This document shows positions 48,433 to 60,828 of a stretch of DNA of 64,000 nucleotides, one piece after another. The stretch's first letter is position 1, and the number at the start of each line of letters is the position of its first letter. Origin of the DNA: Chloroflexota bacterium (GTDB lineage Bacteria; Chloroflexota; UBA11872; VXOZ01); contig OZ219801.1 in the NCBI GenBank assembly GCA_964291655.2, positions 108,842 through 172,841 of the forward strand, read 5' to 3'. The translations under genes and the position numbers were made by a program. The notes beneath the pieces were generated by a model. It ran no database searches. It saw only the letters and a program-made list of their open reading frames with translations, and was not told the origin of the DNA.

Positions 48433-49626
48433 ATGAATATCCGTCCTGACGAACTCTTCGCTCACATTAAATCGGAAGAGTTGGTGGCACTTGCCGCCGG
48501 CCTCGCGCGAATTCCCAGTGAGATTCCCAACGAAGGCGCAATCGCTGAGTTTCTTGCTGCCGAGATGCGCAAGTCCGGCGCTTTCGATGAAGTGCAAATG
48601 CAAGATGTCGTAGCGGGCCGGCCCAACGTCATCGGCATAGTGCGGGGCAGCGGCGGTGGCCCGAATCTGCTGCTCAACGGCCACATCGATACGGGCGCGC
48701 CTGCAGGCGACTGGTCGCGTGACCCCTACGACGCGTACGAGGAAGACGGGTATCTCTACGGGTTCGGGCTTACGGACATGAAAGGTGCGGTCGCCTGCTT
48801 GGTAAAGGCAGCCGAAGCGGTTGCGCGCGCTGACGTGCGCCCGACGGGGGACCTAGTTGTTACCGCAGTGGTGCACCATGACGTGTGCGGCTTGGGCACG
48901 AAGTTCTTTCTCGAGTCGAATGATCGGCCGTTCGCAATGTGCATCAACGGCGAACCGACCGGACTGCGCCTCCAGCTCGCTCACGGCGGCGCCTGGCAGT
49001 TCGAATTGACGACCCACGGAATCGCCGAGCACATTAGCCGCCGCGATGGTGGTGTGGATGCCACCAAGAAGATGATTAAACTGCTTGCCGCCTTGGACGA
49101 GAGCGCATTGACGTTTGATCCTGCCCAAGCCTTGGAAGGACTGCCCCGCCTCGTCGTCGGCCAAATCAACGGAGGAACCGCAGCTTCACGCACTGCCGAC
49201 CATTGCACTGCCCGCGGCGATGTACGCATCGTTCCCGGCATGACCGCTGAGTCCTTGACCGCTGATTTCAGGCGGGTGATGGCGGAGGTCGCAAAAGACG
49301 ATCCGGAGTTTCGCGCCGATCTCCGCACCTTGGTGTACCAGCGCCCATTTCGCATTGAACCCGACGCCTCGGTTGTGGCGCTTACGGCCCAGGCACACCG
49401 CGACGTAAATGGAGCAGAGCCCGAGACCTCAACCGGACTTCCGGTGTGCAGCTACGTCACGGACTCCTCCGACATCGTGCGTCACGGAATCCCAACCGTA
49501 GTCTACGGCCCCAGCAATTGGCGCATGGTGCCGGACGAACGCATCAGCATCGCGGAAATGGTAGCCGCCACGAAAGTCTACGCCCTTGCCGCGGCACGAG
49601 TTGTCACAGGTCAATATTCTGATTAG
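48433..49626 (+). CDS. M20-family metallopeptidase (ArgE/DapE/acetylornithine deacetylase-like)
   Basis: 397 aa. LLLNGHIDT and GLTDMKG metal-ligand blocks. Confidence 0.8.
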   Translation: MNIRPDELFAHIKSEELVALAAGLARIPSEIPNEGAIAEFLAAEMRKSGAFDEVQMQDVVAGRPNVIGIVRGSGGGPNLLLNGHIDTGAPAGDWSRDPYDAYEEDGYLYGFGLTDMKGAVACLVKAAEAVARADVRPTGDLVVTAVVHHDVCGLGTKFFLESNDRPFAMCINGEPTGLRLQLAHGGAWQFELTTHGIAEHISRRDGGVDATKKMIKLLAALDESALTFDPAQALEGLPRLVVGQINGGTAASRTADHCTARGDVRIVPGMTAESLTADFRRVMAEVAKDDPEFRADLRTLVYQRPFRIEPDASVVALTAQAHRDVNGAEPETSTGLPVCSYVTDSSDIVRHGIPTVVYGPSNWRMVPDERISIAEMVAATKVYALAAARVVTGQYSD

Positions 49627-49638
49627 GCCGAACTAAAC

Positions 49639-49673
49639 CTAATCGCCTCAAGAGTAACTCTGGAGGCGATTAG
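49639..49673. terminator. Strong hairpin between convergent genes (terminator candidate)
   Basis: Perfect 11-bp stem ctaatcgcctc / gaggcgattag with a 13-nt loop. On the - strand it is followed by gtttagtt. The U-tract is weak on both strands. Confidence 0.5.
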
Positions 49674-49748
49674 CTTGTCCAGCCGCTCTGAACATGCGGG
49701 AATTGTGCCGTCATCTGGAAGCCGCTTCTTCCCCACGCACGTTGCGGA

Positions 49749-50678
49749 CTATGACTCGCTTCCATTGGTGCGCGGTTGGTTGGGAGTGGAGTCAACAATT
49801 CCGCTCAGACCTCCCGCCAACGTCGCCAGCTCCATGGGGAAGATCCACTTGGTGGAAGGACTTTCGGCCATGTTCTGCAGCGTTTGCAGATACTGTATGA
49901 GCATTGTGTTGGAATCCACCGTTTGCGCGATTTGGAAAACATGGTTGATTGCGGTTGCGTAGCCCTCTGCGCGCAGCGATTGTGCCTGTTTCTCCGCCTC
50001 TGCACGCAGGATTGTGGCCTGCCGATCGCCTTCCGCCTTTAGGATTTCAGACTGTTTGGCGCCTTCTGCCACCAGGATCGCCGACTGCTTCTGACCGCCG
50101 GCCTCAGTGACCATGGCGCGCCGGTTACGTTCGGCGGACATCTGGCGGTTCATAGCGTCCTGCACGTCGCGCGGCGGCAGGATTTCGCGAATCTCCACCG
50201 TCGTTACCTTCACGCCCCAGCGCGCGGTCACTTCATCGAGCTTCGCACGGAGGATGTTGTTTATCTGCTCACGCTTCGCGAGCACGTCGTCCAGGGAAAT
50301 ATCGCCAATCACGGCGCGTAGGGTAGTAGTGGCTATACCTTGCGAGGCTCCCGCAAAGTTCGCCACCTGCACGACACTATCGGTGGGTTCCGTAACCTTC
50401 CAATAGATGAGAAAGTCAATGAGTATTGGCGCGTTATCTGAGGTAATGCAGCTCTGTTGCGGAATTTCGAGAAACTGCTCGCGCAGGTCGACGCGGACCG
50501 GCCGGTCGATGATGGGCCAGAGCCAGACGATCCCCGGTCCTCGCGGTTCGGACATAACGCGTCCCAGCCGAAAGACCACCAGCCGCTCATATTCCGCCAC
50601 AATCTTGATGGCAGAATATAATAGCCAAAGTAAGAGAACTACCAGGACTACAATCAGAACAATGAGTTGGCCATCCAT
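49749..50678 (-). CDS. SPFH/band-7 (stomatin-like) membrane protein
   Basis: 309 aa. N-terminal TM, then YERLVVFRLGR ... and Ala/Glu-rich coiled-coil repeats (AEGDRQATILRAEAEKQA). Confidence 0.88.
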   Translation of the reverse strand: MDGQLIVLIVVLVVLLLWLLYSAIKIVAEYERLVVFRLGRVMSEPRGPGIVWLWPIIDRPVRVDLREQFLEIPQQSCITSDNAPILIDFLIYWKVTEPTDSVVQVANFAGASQGIATTTLRAVIGDISLDDVLAKREQINNILRAKLDEVTARWGVKVTTVEIREILPPRDVQDAMNRQMSAERNRRAMVTEAGGQKQSAILVAEGAKQSEILKAEGDRQATILRAEAEKQAQSLRAEGYATAINHVFQIAQTVDSNTMLIQYLQTLQNMAESPSTKWIFPMELATLAGGLSGIVDSTPNQPRTNGSES

Positions 50679-50773
50679 AACAGGTTACCCTCTCTTTAGT
50701 GCACACTACATCCCGCTGATGTCCAGCCTGCCGAGCGGCTGCACCTCCTTAGTCCAAACCGGCTTGCCCCGGA

Positions 50774-52111
50774 CTACATCGAAATCGCTGGAATCTCCGG
50801 CGCCGGCCCTACAACCAGTGCCAATCCGTCTACGTCATAGACCCAAATCTGATCCCCCTCCTGGACCGACGTGCCCATAGTTCTTGCCGACCACTCCTCA
50901 CCGGCAACCCGGACAACACCCTCCGGGTCCAACGCCGTCAACGCCAGTCCTTCCTGCCCGACTATGCGCCGCTGGCCGCGGAATTGCTGGGGTTCATTCT
51001 GTGACTGAGCGGCAATTCTCAGCAGCAGAAGGAGAAAGGCGACTGTGAGCGCTACCATGAAGCCAAGCACCCATGGCGACACAAAGAACGGACCGCCAAA
51101 CGGCGAGGTAAGCGGTTGATAGAGCAGGAGCGTCCCGAGCACGAGTGCAACTACACCGCCGATTCCAAGCACACCCAGGCCGGGATTCTGGGCCTCAAAT
51201 GCAATCAATGCAGCGGCAACCAAGAGGAGCACCACGCCGCCCCAGTTGATGGGCAAGGTGCCGAACGCCACCAGCGCCAGTACGATGGCAATTGCTCCTA
51301 CGACTGCCGGAACTATCGCCCCCGGGTTATAGAGCTCCGCAATTACAGCGTACAGTCCAATTAAGAAGAGCAAGTAGGCGGTATTGGGGTTGAAAATGAA
51401 CTTGAGCACCTGCTCCGCAAAATTGTATTCCATCTCCCGCAAAGGTGCGCCTGCTACGACCAGCGTGCGTGTCCACGTAGGCGTTTGCACCTGGCGGCCG
51501 TCAAGCTTTGCGAGAAGGTCGGGCAAGTCTCGCGCAATCAAGTCTACGACATCCGACTTTACCGCTTCCTCTGCAGTCATCGTCTGACTGGAGCGAACCG
51601 CCTGTTCTGCCCACTCGGCGTTCCGGTCCCGCAATTCTGCCAGACTGCGGATATATGCCACCGCTTCGTTCGTCACCTTGTCATTCATGTCGCCCATGAT
51701 CTGCCCGCCGCCTGCGGAGACCGGATGGGCAGCGCCAATGTCAGTGCCCGGGGCCATTACGGCCACGTGCGCCGCCATCGCCAAGAATACGCCGGCACTC
51801 GCAGCACGGCCTCCCTGCGGATAGACGAATACGACCACCGGCACAGGCGACATGAGCATGTCCTGCACCATCGCCCGCATCGAGGAATCCAGACCACCGG
51901 GGGTATCGAGGAGGACGATGAGCACTTCCGCCTGGTCGGCAACAGCGCGATTGACCGCGCGGGCGAAGAGCTGCTCAGAGGCAGGATCGATGGCGCCGGA
52001 AATCCTCACGGTGTCCACCGTACCCACGCGCTCTTGGGCAAGGGCCCCTTCAACCGATAGGAGGCCCGCAACTAGCACGATGATGCCCAGCAGTACTCTT
52101 CGCATCGCCAC
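50774..52111 (-). CDS. NfeD-family membrane-bound ClpP-class serine protease
   Basis: 445 aa. Signal peptide, ClpP-like domain (LDTPGGLDSS, GGRAASAG), multi-TM region, C-terminal OB-fold-like tail. Directly upstream of the SPFH gene, the known pairing. Confidence 0.85.
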   Translation of the reverse strand: MAMRRVLLGIIVLVAGLLSVEGALAQERVGTVDTVRISGAIDPASEQLFARAVNRAVADQAEVLIVLLDTPGGLDSSMRAMVQDMLMSPVPVVVFVYPQGGRAASAGVFLAMAAHVAVMAPGTDIGAAHPVSAGGGQIMGDMNDKVTNEAVAYIRSLAELRDRNAEWAEQAVRSSQTMTAEEAVKSDVVDLIARDLPDLLAKLDGRQVQTPTWTRTLVVAGAPLREMEYNFAEQVLKFIFNPNTAYLLFLIGLYAVIAELYNPGAIVPAVVGAIAIVLALVAFGTLPINWGGVVLLLVAAALIAFEAQNPGLGVLGIGGVVALVLGTLLLYQPLTSPFGGPFFVSPWVLGFMVALTVAFLLLLLRIAAQSQNEPQQFRGQRRIVGQEGLALTALDPEGVVRVAGEEWSARTMGTSVQEGDQIWVYDVDGLALVVGPAPEIPAISM

Positions 52112-52341
52112 TCCTCCCCAACCTTTAACTTCATTATACTCCCGCCCAATGGCTAACGAACCCCTATTCGCTCCCCCTGTCGCATCGCGCTTGCCCGCTC
52201 TTGCTGCCTCACTACCTATCTGTCACGATGGAAGGGAGATTGGGCTGCTGGCAGGGATTTCGAAATGTTGGCACCGCCCGTCCCAAGCGGCCAGTACACT
52301 GAAATACATGCCTTCTATTGCTTTGATCAGAAAGACAAGAT

Positions 52342-54375
<2,034 letters not shown>

Positions 54376-54421
54376 GCCCTCTTCAGTCTCCCCTTTTCGC
54401 ACGGACCTACGATATACAAAG

Positions 54422-54443
54422 GGGGCACGACATGTCGTGCCCC
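54422..54443. repeat. Perfect 22-bp GC-rich palindrome ggggcacgacatgtcgtgcccc
   Basis: Exact palindrome in the convergent spacer 54376-54611. Confidence 0.85.
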
Positions 54444-54471
54444 TACCGAGTGTTACCTGCCGGTCAGTTCC

Positions 54472-54496
54472 GTCATTCCGGCGAAAGCCGGAATCC
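54472..54496. repeat. REP-like hairpin, family B
   Basis: gtcattccggcgaaagccggaatcc, stem ccggc/gccgg with loop gaaa. Confidence 0.85.
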
Positions 54497-54611
54497 AGAT
54501 GCCTCAAATTGGGAAAACATCCTCGCCCGTCACTTCCGTAGAAGAGGGTGCCCATCCTTGTCTCACAGTCAGCAATGCTTCTTCGGCGAAGCAGCGCAAT
54601 TGCCATGGGCC

Positions 54612-55334
54612 CTACATCATGCTGCGCGCGACGTTCCCTCCGTAGGCAGACTCACCGCGCACGAGAAGCCTATAGGGATCCTGCACCCCGGCGAGTTCAT
54701 CCACACTGACGTACCCCATCGTCATGCTCGTGCGCGTGCCGGTGGTCACATTCGTGCCAACGCGGTGAAAAATCTGGCTGTCGATTACGGCCAGGCCGCC
54801 GGCCGGGCTCGGCACCGGAACTTCCTGTCTAATGATTTCGTCAGTTATGACGTCTTCGACGCTCGACTTCGTGCCGATATTCTGAATCCAATTGAAGAGG
54901 TGAGTACCGGGCACAACGTGGGTGCAGCCGTTGTCGACGGTGGCTTCTTCCACGTAGAACAACACCGTTACGATATCGCGCGTCCACTGGAGCACGTCGC
55001 GGTGCAGCTCCGTGCGACCGCGTGACGGGGGATTGAGCGTGGCATGGTTATGCCGGTTTGTAATGAGCTCGATGTTTGGACCCAAGAGCGACTCCAAGGA
55101 GTCGAGCACAAGCGGGCTGGTCGCGACTTCTCGAAAGATCGGGTCACGATCGAGTACCTGTGAGAGCCGGATCACGTCTCCATTCTTATCGCGGACGTAC
55201 GGCTCAACCTCATTCCCTACATCATTCTGGATGGCTTCCTTGAGGCGTGCCACTGTCGCGTCGGACATGCGACCCGGCAGACGCAGGAAGCCATTGTGGC
55301 GGAAGAGCTTAACTTGATCGTCAGAAAGCGCCAT
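54612..55334 (-). CDS. Phytanoyl-CoA dioxygenase (PhyH) family Fe(II)/2-oxoglutarate oxygenase
   Basis: 240 aa. N-terminal FRHNGFLRLPG. Facial-triad context LHRDV ... and HRVGTN. Confidence 0.8.
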   Translation of the reverse strand: MALSDDQVKLFRHNGFLRLPGRMSDATVARLKEAIQNDVGNEVEPYVRDKNGDVIRLSQVLDRDPIFREVATSPLVLDSLESLLGPNIELITNRHNHATLNPPSRGRTELHRDVLQWTRDIVTVLFYVEEATVDNGCTHVVPGTHLFNWIQNIGTKSSVEDVITDEIIRQEVPVPSPAGGLAVIDSQIFHRVGTNVTTGTRTSMTMGYVSVDELAGVQDPYRLLVRGESAYGGNVARSMM

Positions 55335-55476
55335 GCTTGCACTCCTCTAGGTACTTGACTCGGCGTTAGCAGTATTATCTATGTTACACAGGCACAATGA
55401 TACGCTTCATTCCACTAACGCGCACCTGTACCGCCAAGCCGCGTACGATGCGTGCACACCTCAACCCATTCGATTG

Positions 55477-55516
55477 AAATAAAACCACCCGCCCTGCGAA
55501 TTGGCAGGGCGGGTGG
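55477..55516 (-). terminator. Rho-independent terminator of the SBP gene 55552-56943
   Basis: Perfect 13-bp stem ccacccgccctgc / gcagggcgggtgg, loop gaattg. On the - strand it is followed by TTTTATTT. Confidence 0.75.
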
Positions 55517-55551
55517 TAATTTGCGCTGAACAAGCTTGGCTGGACTGTGAT

Positions 55552-56943
55552 TTACCCGTCGATGCGGGCCTTCCACTCGTCGAGAATTGCCTGCATGTCG
55601 TGCTCGGCTGACGCCAAGCCTTCCTGTGGCGTTACCTTGCCCGAGGTCACGTCGTCGACCAACGGGATCCGCCAGCGTCGACGCAAGGCCTCGGCTCCAG
55701 GTATACCCACGTTACCCACGCGATGCGGGATCATCTCGTTTTGCAGCAGCAAGAACGGATCATTCTCGTGGAATTCCGCCGAGTGGGTTACGTCAATGCG
55801 AATAGGAATACGGTCGTAGCGTTTGGCGAATAGGAGGTTCCACTCGGGTCGGGCCCCAAACTCAATGAACGCCCAGCCGCCGTCCGGGTTGGCAGCACTA
55901 TTGCCAATGTGCCAGGTGTGCGTGCCACCCCAGGTCGCGTGCTTATCCGTCTCACGCGGACGCGGATACGGCATGAAGTGGAACGTGAGATCCGGCGCAT
56001 TCACGCGCAGCCACTCGCCGCGTTCGGCGTAGGTAGCCCAATAGTTGGCGATCCGGCCGTCATTGAAGTGGACGTTGGACTGAATGCCCTGGCCTCTAAG
56101 CTGCTGGACATTATCCCAGCCGCCCTGGAGATCGAAGATCTTCTTCAGCCACGTGAGCGCCTCCACCGCCTCAGGGCTGTTGATCGTAACCGTCCAGCGG
56201 TCCTCGCTAAAGCGCGAGCCGCCGAGTTGGGTCAGAGGAACGATCCACTCGTTGTGGCCGCCGCTGCCCCAGAACGGCGCATAGCCGGAGACGGTGAGCT
56301 TGCCGCCCGCATCCACCTTAGACGTCTTGGTGACTACCTCTTCCATCTCATCCCAGTATTGGGGCGGATTCTCCGGATCGAGCCCCGCTTCCAGGTAGCT
56401 CTCTGTCCGCATATACATGACACGCAGGTCGGGAGAATAGGAGAAGCCGTAGAGCTTGCCGTCCCAGTAATTCTCTTGGAAAAGAGATCCCCAGAACGCG
56501 CTCATGTCAACGTTGGACGCCTTGACGCGCGGCAAGAGGTCGGTTGCCACACCGGTGAGACCCCACTCCGGCGAGAACCAGTCGCCACCTGAGGCAACGT
56601 CCGGCGAAGAGCCTGCCGCAGCCGCGGTTGCAATGGTGTTCCACAGACTGGCCGGCGTGGAACCCACAACGCGGACTTTGTTGTCGTATGCCTCGCGGAA
56701 CGCATTGGAAATTTCGCCACCCGTGTCGGTGCCAAAGTCGTACTTGGTGGGACTCCAGACCGTCACCACGCCTTCAACTGCGCCCGGCTCCGTCATGGCT
56801 TCAGGCGCTTTGGCTTCCGGCTCGGCATCATCGGCCGCCGGAGCTGCCGCCGGCTGCACACCGCAGGCTGCAGCCAAGAGCGTAGTGGCGCCAATTCCTG
56901 TTGCCGCCAGGAAACCGCGTCGCGAAATGTGCGCTGCTTTCAC
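55552..56943 (-). CDS. ABC-transporter extracellular solute-binding protein (family 1), Tat-type signal, no adjacent permease or ATPase
   Basis: 463 aa. GTG preceded by AAGGAGG. Signal ISRRGFLAATGIGATTLLAAAC. Paralogue of 13472-14857. Confidence 0.8.
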   Translation of the reverse strand: MKAAHISRRGFLAATGIGATTLLAAACGVQPAAAPAADDAEPEAKAPEAMTEPGAVEGVVTVWSPTKYDFGTDTGGEISNAFREAYDNKVRVVGSTPASLWNTIATAAAAGSSPDVASGGDWFSPEWGLTGVATDLLPRVKASNVDMSAFWGSLFQENYWDGKLYGFSYSPDLRVMYMRTESYLEAGLDPENPPQYWDEMEEVVTKTSKVDAGGKLTVSGYAPFWGSGGHNEWIVPLTQLGGSRFSEDRWTVTINSPEAVEALTWLKKIFDLQGGWDNVQQLRGQGIQSNVHFNDGRIANYWATYAERGEWLRVNAPDLTFHFMPYPRPRETDKHATWGGTHTWHIGNSAANPDGGWAFIEFGARPEWNLLFAKRYDRIPIRIDVTHSAEFHENDPFLLLQNEMIPHRVGNVGIPGAEALRRRWRIPLVDDVTSGKVTPQEGLASAEHDMQAILDEWKARIDG

Positions 56944-57144
56944 TGTGCCCCTCCTTGCTTAAGGGTCTACTTTTTCACCGACACAACAGTACCACTCTAG
57001 TGAGGATGTAGTCAATAACCTTGCGTATACTCAGAGTCTCATAATCAAAGCGCTTCCTCTGTCAAACTGAAATGCTGGCCGCCGTACACGCACGTGTACC
57101 GCGAGCCGGTGATTTGCCTAGGTATGTACCCACAAACGTACCAT

Positions 57145-57153
57145 TGGTATAAT
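57145..57153 (+). promoter_or_regulatory. Extended -10 promoter element TGGTATAAT upstream of accD
   Basis: Exact TGnTATAAT match ending 25 nt before the ATG at 57178. No good -35 at 17-nt spacing. Confidence 0.4.
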
Positions 57154-57177
57154 GTCTCTGATATCCCCCGAACACTC

Positions 57178-58122
57178 ATGGACCAGCCAGGGCTTATGCG
57201 GAAACTATTCAGCAATCAAGAGCGGCGGTTTGGCTTTTTGCCGGGACGGCAACAGCAGCCTGAGTTACCTGATGAACTTTGGGAAAAGTGCGCTGGCTGC
57301 GGCGAGATGATCTATGCGGCAGAATTCGAGCAGAATGCTCATGTCTGTCCAAAGTGCGATCACCATGCCCGCCTGAGTGCTCGCAAGCGTGTCGCCTACC
57401 TTCTCGACGAGGGCTCTTTTGCCGAACGCGACAATGGAATGCGCTCGCGTGACATTCTGGGCTTCGAGCGGCCTGACCGCAGCTACGAACAAAAGCTTGC
57501 AGATGAAGCGGACAAAGCCGGCATTCCGGAATCAGTAGTCTACGGTACCGGCACGGTACGAGGCGAAGACGTGGTGCTGGCCGTCATTGACACAAATTTC
57601 TTCATGGCGACAATGGGCTCGGTGGTCGGCGAGAAGATTACCCGGGCAATCGAGCTCGCCACGATAACGCGCACGCCGTTGATCATCGTATCGGCATCCG
57701 CCGGCGCACGCATGGAAGAAGGCATGTTTTCCCTCATGCAGATGGCTAAGACATCCGCCGCCTTGACTCGGCTGCACGAGGCGCGCGTACTCTACGTCTC
57801 TATCCTTACCGATCCCACGCTTGCGGGTGTTACCGCCAGTTTCGCGACGCTTGCCGATGTGATTGTCGCCGAGCCACAGGCCACGATAGGCTTTACCGGT
57901 CCGCGCCTCATTGAACAGATCACGCACGCCAAGTTGCCGGCAGGGACACACTCGGCAGAATTCATGCTCGAGCGCGGCATGGTGGACTGTATTGTGCCGC
58001 GGGCAGACCTGCGGCGTACGCTCGCCCGCTTGATAGGCCTATACTCCCACCAGACATCGGACCCCCGCACCGACGTTGTGCCGCCGACAAACGGCAGCAC
58101 GCCAGCAGAAACAGTTACCTAG
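57178..58122 (+). CDS. accD: Acetyl-CoA carboxylase carboxyltransferase subunit beta
   Basis: Zn-ribbon CAGCGEMIY..CPKCDHH, then carboxyltransferase blocks GTGTVRGEDVV and GGARMEEG-like (SAGARMEEG). ATG 57178 or 57196. Confidence 0.88.
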   Translation: MDQPGLMRKLFSNQERRFGFLPGRQQQPELPDELWEKCAGCGEMIYAAEFEQNAHVCPKCDHHARLSARKRVAYLLDEGSFAERDNGMRSRDILGFERPDRSYEQKLADEADKAGIPESVVYGTGTVRGEDVVLAVIDTNFFMATMGSVVGEKITRAIELATITRTPLIIVSASAGARMEEGMFSLMQMAKTSAALTRLHEARVLYVSILTDPTLAGVTASFATLADVIVAEPQATIGFTGPRLIEQITHAKLPAGTHSAEFMLERGMVDCIVPRADLRRTLARLIGLYSHQTSDPRTDVVPPTNGSTPAETVT

Positions 58123-58124
58123 CC

Positions 58125-59075
58125 ATGGCGTACGAGTTCGAACAAGCACTTGTAGACCTGCGCGAACGCATCGACTCAATGGAAGCCGATCTCAAGAACG
58201 GTGCTCCGGCCGACGCGGCGCAAGCGGTAAAGGCGCTCCGCACCGAGCTTGAGCGTCAGACCGTTGATGTCTTCGCGAATCTCTCGCCGTGGGACCGGGT
58301 GCAGCTTGCCCGCCATTCGCAGCGACCGCGGTCACTGGATTTCATCCGCTACGCCTTTTCCGACTTTGTGGAACTCCACGGTGATCGCCACTACGGTGAC
58401 GATCTGGCGATAGTCGGCGGTCCTGCCCGCCTTGGCGACACGCCGGTTATGGTAATAGGACATCAGAAGGGCAAGGACGCCAAAGACAACCAGCAACGTA
58501 ATTTTGGCATGGCGCACCCGGAAGGCTTCCGCAAGGCGCGGCGCCTCATGCTGCAGGCGGAGAAGTTCCGGCTGCCGCTCTTCACGTTTCTCGATATTCC
58601 CGGCGCCAGTCCGTTTCTGGCTGATGAGGAGCGCGGCCAAGCGTGGGCCATTGCCGAAAACCTGCTGACGATGAGCCAATTGCGGACGCCAATCATCGTT
58701 ACCGTCATCGGAGAGGGCGGCAGCGGCGGGGCCTTGGCGCTCGGCATCGGTGACCGCGTGCTCATGCTGGAATTCAGCATGTATTCGGTCGCCTCACCGG
58801 AAGGGGCAGCTTCCATTGTCTGGAAGGATTCCAAGTTTGCGCCGGAAGCGGCTGGCTCCTTGAAGCCATTTGCCCAGGACTTGGCAAAACTCGGCATTAT
58901 CCACCGCATTGTACCGGAACCGGTCGGCGGCGCCCACGTGGACCCGCGCGATGCAGCACAAATGCTCAAGTCCGCCCTGGTAGAAGAGCTAATCGCGCTC
59001 CAGGAGCTCTCGCTCCCCAGTCTCATAGACCGTCGCTACGAGTTCTATCGCTCGCTCGGCGTTGTGATTCCGTAG
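58125..59075 (+). CDS. accA: Acetyl-CoA carboxylase carboxyltransferase subunit alpha
   Basis: 316 aa. Blocks RHSQRP, FGMAHPEGFRKA and IGEGGSGGALALG. Starts 3 nt after accD. Confidence 0.9.
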   Translation: MAYEFEQALVDLRERIDSMEADLKNGAPADAAQAVKALRTELERQTVDVFANLSPWDRVQLARHSQRPRSLDFIRYAFSDFVELHGDRHYGDDLAIVGGPARLGDTPVMVIGHQKGKDAKDNQQRNFGMAHPEGFRKARRLMLQAEKFRLPLFTFLDIPGASPFLADEERGQAWAIAENLLTMSQLRTPIIVTVIGEGGSGGALALGIGDRVLMLEFSMYSVASPEGAASIVWKDSKFAPEAAGSLKPFAQDLAKLGIIHRIVPEPVGGAHVDPRDAAQMLKSALVEELIALQELSLPSLIDRRYEFYRSLGVVIP

Positions 59076-59330
59076 CAGGGCCAACCGCTCACTCGCCGGA
59101 CGCCCGGCTCTCGAGCCGGATTTACTCTGCGCGAAAACCTGCTCTACACGCCGAATCTCCCCCCGCCGACTGGTTGCCCGGCTGGGGCGATTCGCCGTGA
59201 CAGTTCTGGGGGGCTACCTCTAACGGACTCTGGGGCCGGCTACTGCGGGTGCGACGGCTTACCTACAGCGCAGATTCTCCAGTCGAACCGATGCCATCCC
59301 GCCATGTCTGATCCAGCCTGCGCCGCAAGG

Positions 59331-60293
59331 CTAATTGGACGGATTACTCAATTCCCAACGCAGCGCACCTTCCAGGGCGGGCTCCTCCCAGCGGAATCCT
59401 AACGCATCGAGACGGGCGGGAAGCGCCGCCTGCCCTTTGAGAATGAGTTGCTCCCCCATCTCTCCGTACAAGGCGCTGATCGCAAAACTCGGCACGCGCG
59501 CGAACGCAGGTCGCCGCAGCACAGTCGCCAGGGCGTGGGTAAACTCCCGGTTGGTGGTCGGCTGGGGGGCCACCACGTTGATGGGTCCTAGCGCCTCCTT
59601 GGAACACACAAGGAAGTAGAGCGCGCCTATCGCGTCATCCATTCCGACCCAACTCATCGGCTGAGAACCGCTACCAACTACCCCACCTGCCCCCATGCGA
59701 AACAGCGGCAACAATCGCTTAAGCAGTCCACCCTGTGGGCTGAGAACCGCACCCAAGCGTGCATGTGCCACACGGATACCCGCATCCCTCGCCGGAGCGG
59801 CGGCATGCTCCCATGCGTCAGTCAGCTCCGCCAAGAATCCGTTACCCACCGGCGCAGATTCGTCAACCTGATCCGCCGTGTCGCCGTAGTAGCCAACTGC
59901 TGATGCCGCCACCAAGACCGCCGGAGGCTGCGACAGTCCGGCCAAAGCGCCGCACAATAATTCCGTGGCCTGAACGCGACTCTGCCAGATCCTGCCGCGC
60001 CGCGCCGCGGTCCAGCGCCCAGCGCCAATATTCTCACCCGCCAGGTGGATTACTGCGTCAAAGCCCTCCAGAGCCGACGCATCGATCTTCCCTGCGGCGG
60101 GGTCCCAGGAAATCTCAGCCGGCGCCGCAGCCGACCTACGTACCAGCCTGCACACCTCATGGCCCCCACTCTCAAGAAACGGGACGAGCGTGGCGCCAAT
60201 CAAACCGGACGCGCCCGTTACCAGTACTCGCTGCGGACTATCCGGACCGTGGGAAAGCCGGGCGAGATTTCGCCGTGACCGTTCTGGTGTCAT
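59331..60293 (-). CDS. TIGR01777-type NAD-dependent epimerase/dehydratase family protein (YfcH-like, with DUF1731 C-terminus)
   Basis: 320 aa. VLVTGASGLIG Rossmann motif and overall YfcH-like layout. Confidence 0.78.
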   Translation of the reverse strand: MTPERSRRNLARLSHGPDSPQRVLVTGASGLIGATLVPFLESGGHEVCRLVRRSAAAPAEISWDPAAGKIDASALEGFDAVIHLAGENIGAGRWTAARRGRIWQSRVQATELLCGALAGLSQPPAVLVAASAVGYYGDTADQVDESAPVGNGFLAELTDAWEHAAAPARDAGIRVAHARLGAVLSPQGGLLKRLLPLFRMGAGGVVGSGSQPMSWVGMDDAIGALYFLVCSKEALGPINVVAPQPTTNREFTHALATVLRRPAFARVPSFAISALYGEMGEQLILKGQAALPARLDALGFRWEEPALEGALRWELSNPSN

Positions 60294-60302
60294 ATCAAAG
60301 GC

Positions 60303-60566
60303 CTATTCTACTTTTCGTTGCGATGTCGCGCGACCAACGAGAGCCACCGTCCTGCTCGGTAAATCTTCGGTCCGGCCAGTCATCTCAGACTGCGACTCCA
60401 CGGTCAACCGGTTGCCGAATTCTTGGGGAGAATCGTAGTTTTCATTTCCCAGCGCAAAAGGAATGCAAAGCGGACCGACGCGGAACTGCCTCTCAAGCCA
60501 TGCCCAAGCCACTTCCAGGCCGTGTGGATGTGCTCTTGACCGTTCGTATACTTTCACTTTGGACAT
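60303..60566 (-). CDS. Hypothetical protein
   Basis: 87 aa from ATG 60566 (MSKVKVYERS..). No Shine-Dalgarno and no family recognised. Ends 10 nt before the next gene start. Confidence 0.3.
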   Translation of the reverse strand: MSKVKVYERSRAHPHGLEVAWAWLERQFRVGPLCIPFALGNENYDSPQEFGNRLTVESQSEMTGRTEDLPSRTVALVGRATSQRKVE

Positions 60567-60828
60567 AGCTATAGGGCCTTGCTCCGGAGAGCAACCGTCC
60601 CAAGAAGCGCCCATCCCTTCCTGTCCAGCGGCCAGTCTAGGTGCGAACCCACACCAAGCCCAAGATCGCCGCCTAGGCCTTTTGCAGCGCGCTCACATTG
60701 TTAGAATTATGCTCCCTGCTCAAGCGCTGCGGCAGAGCCTGGAAACCCACACAGCACTTTGCAAATACTCTTAAGCTGCTCATCTTCGAGCAACTCGGAG
60801 TAATCTTTCTCCACAAGCTGCCAGATTC

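Noticed and set aside
49749-52111. NfeD protease plus SPFH protein as a novel membrane system
   Set aside because: This gene pair is a widely conserved, already described operon (stomatin-specific protease plus stomatin homologue).
57114-57119. TTGCCT as the -35 box partnering the TATAAT at 57148
   Set aside because: The spacing is 28 nt, far from the 16-18 nt optimum. Only the extended -10 (TGGTATAAT) is reported.
59759-60568. 269-aa Pro/Arg-rich ORF on the + strand, and the 240-aa ORF at 54303-55025
   Set aside because: They are antisense to the TIGR01777 epimerase-family gene and the PhyH gene respectively. Their composition is that of out-of-frame GC-rich sequence.
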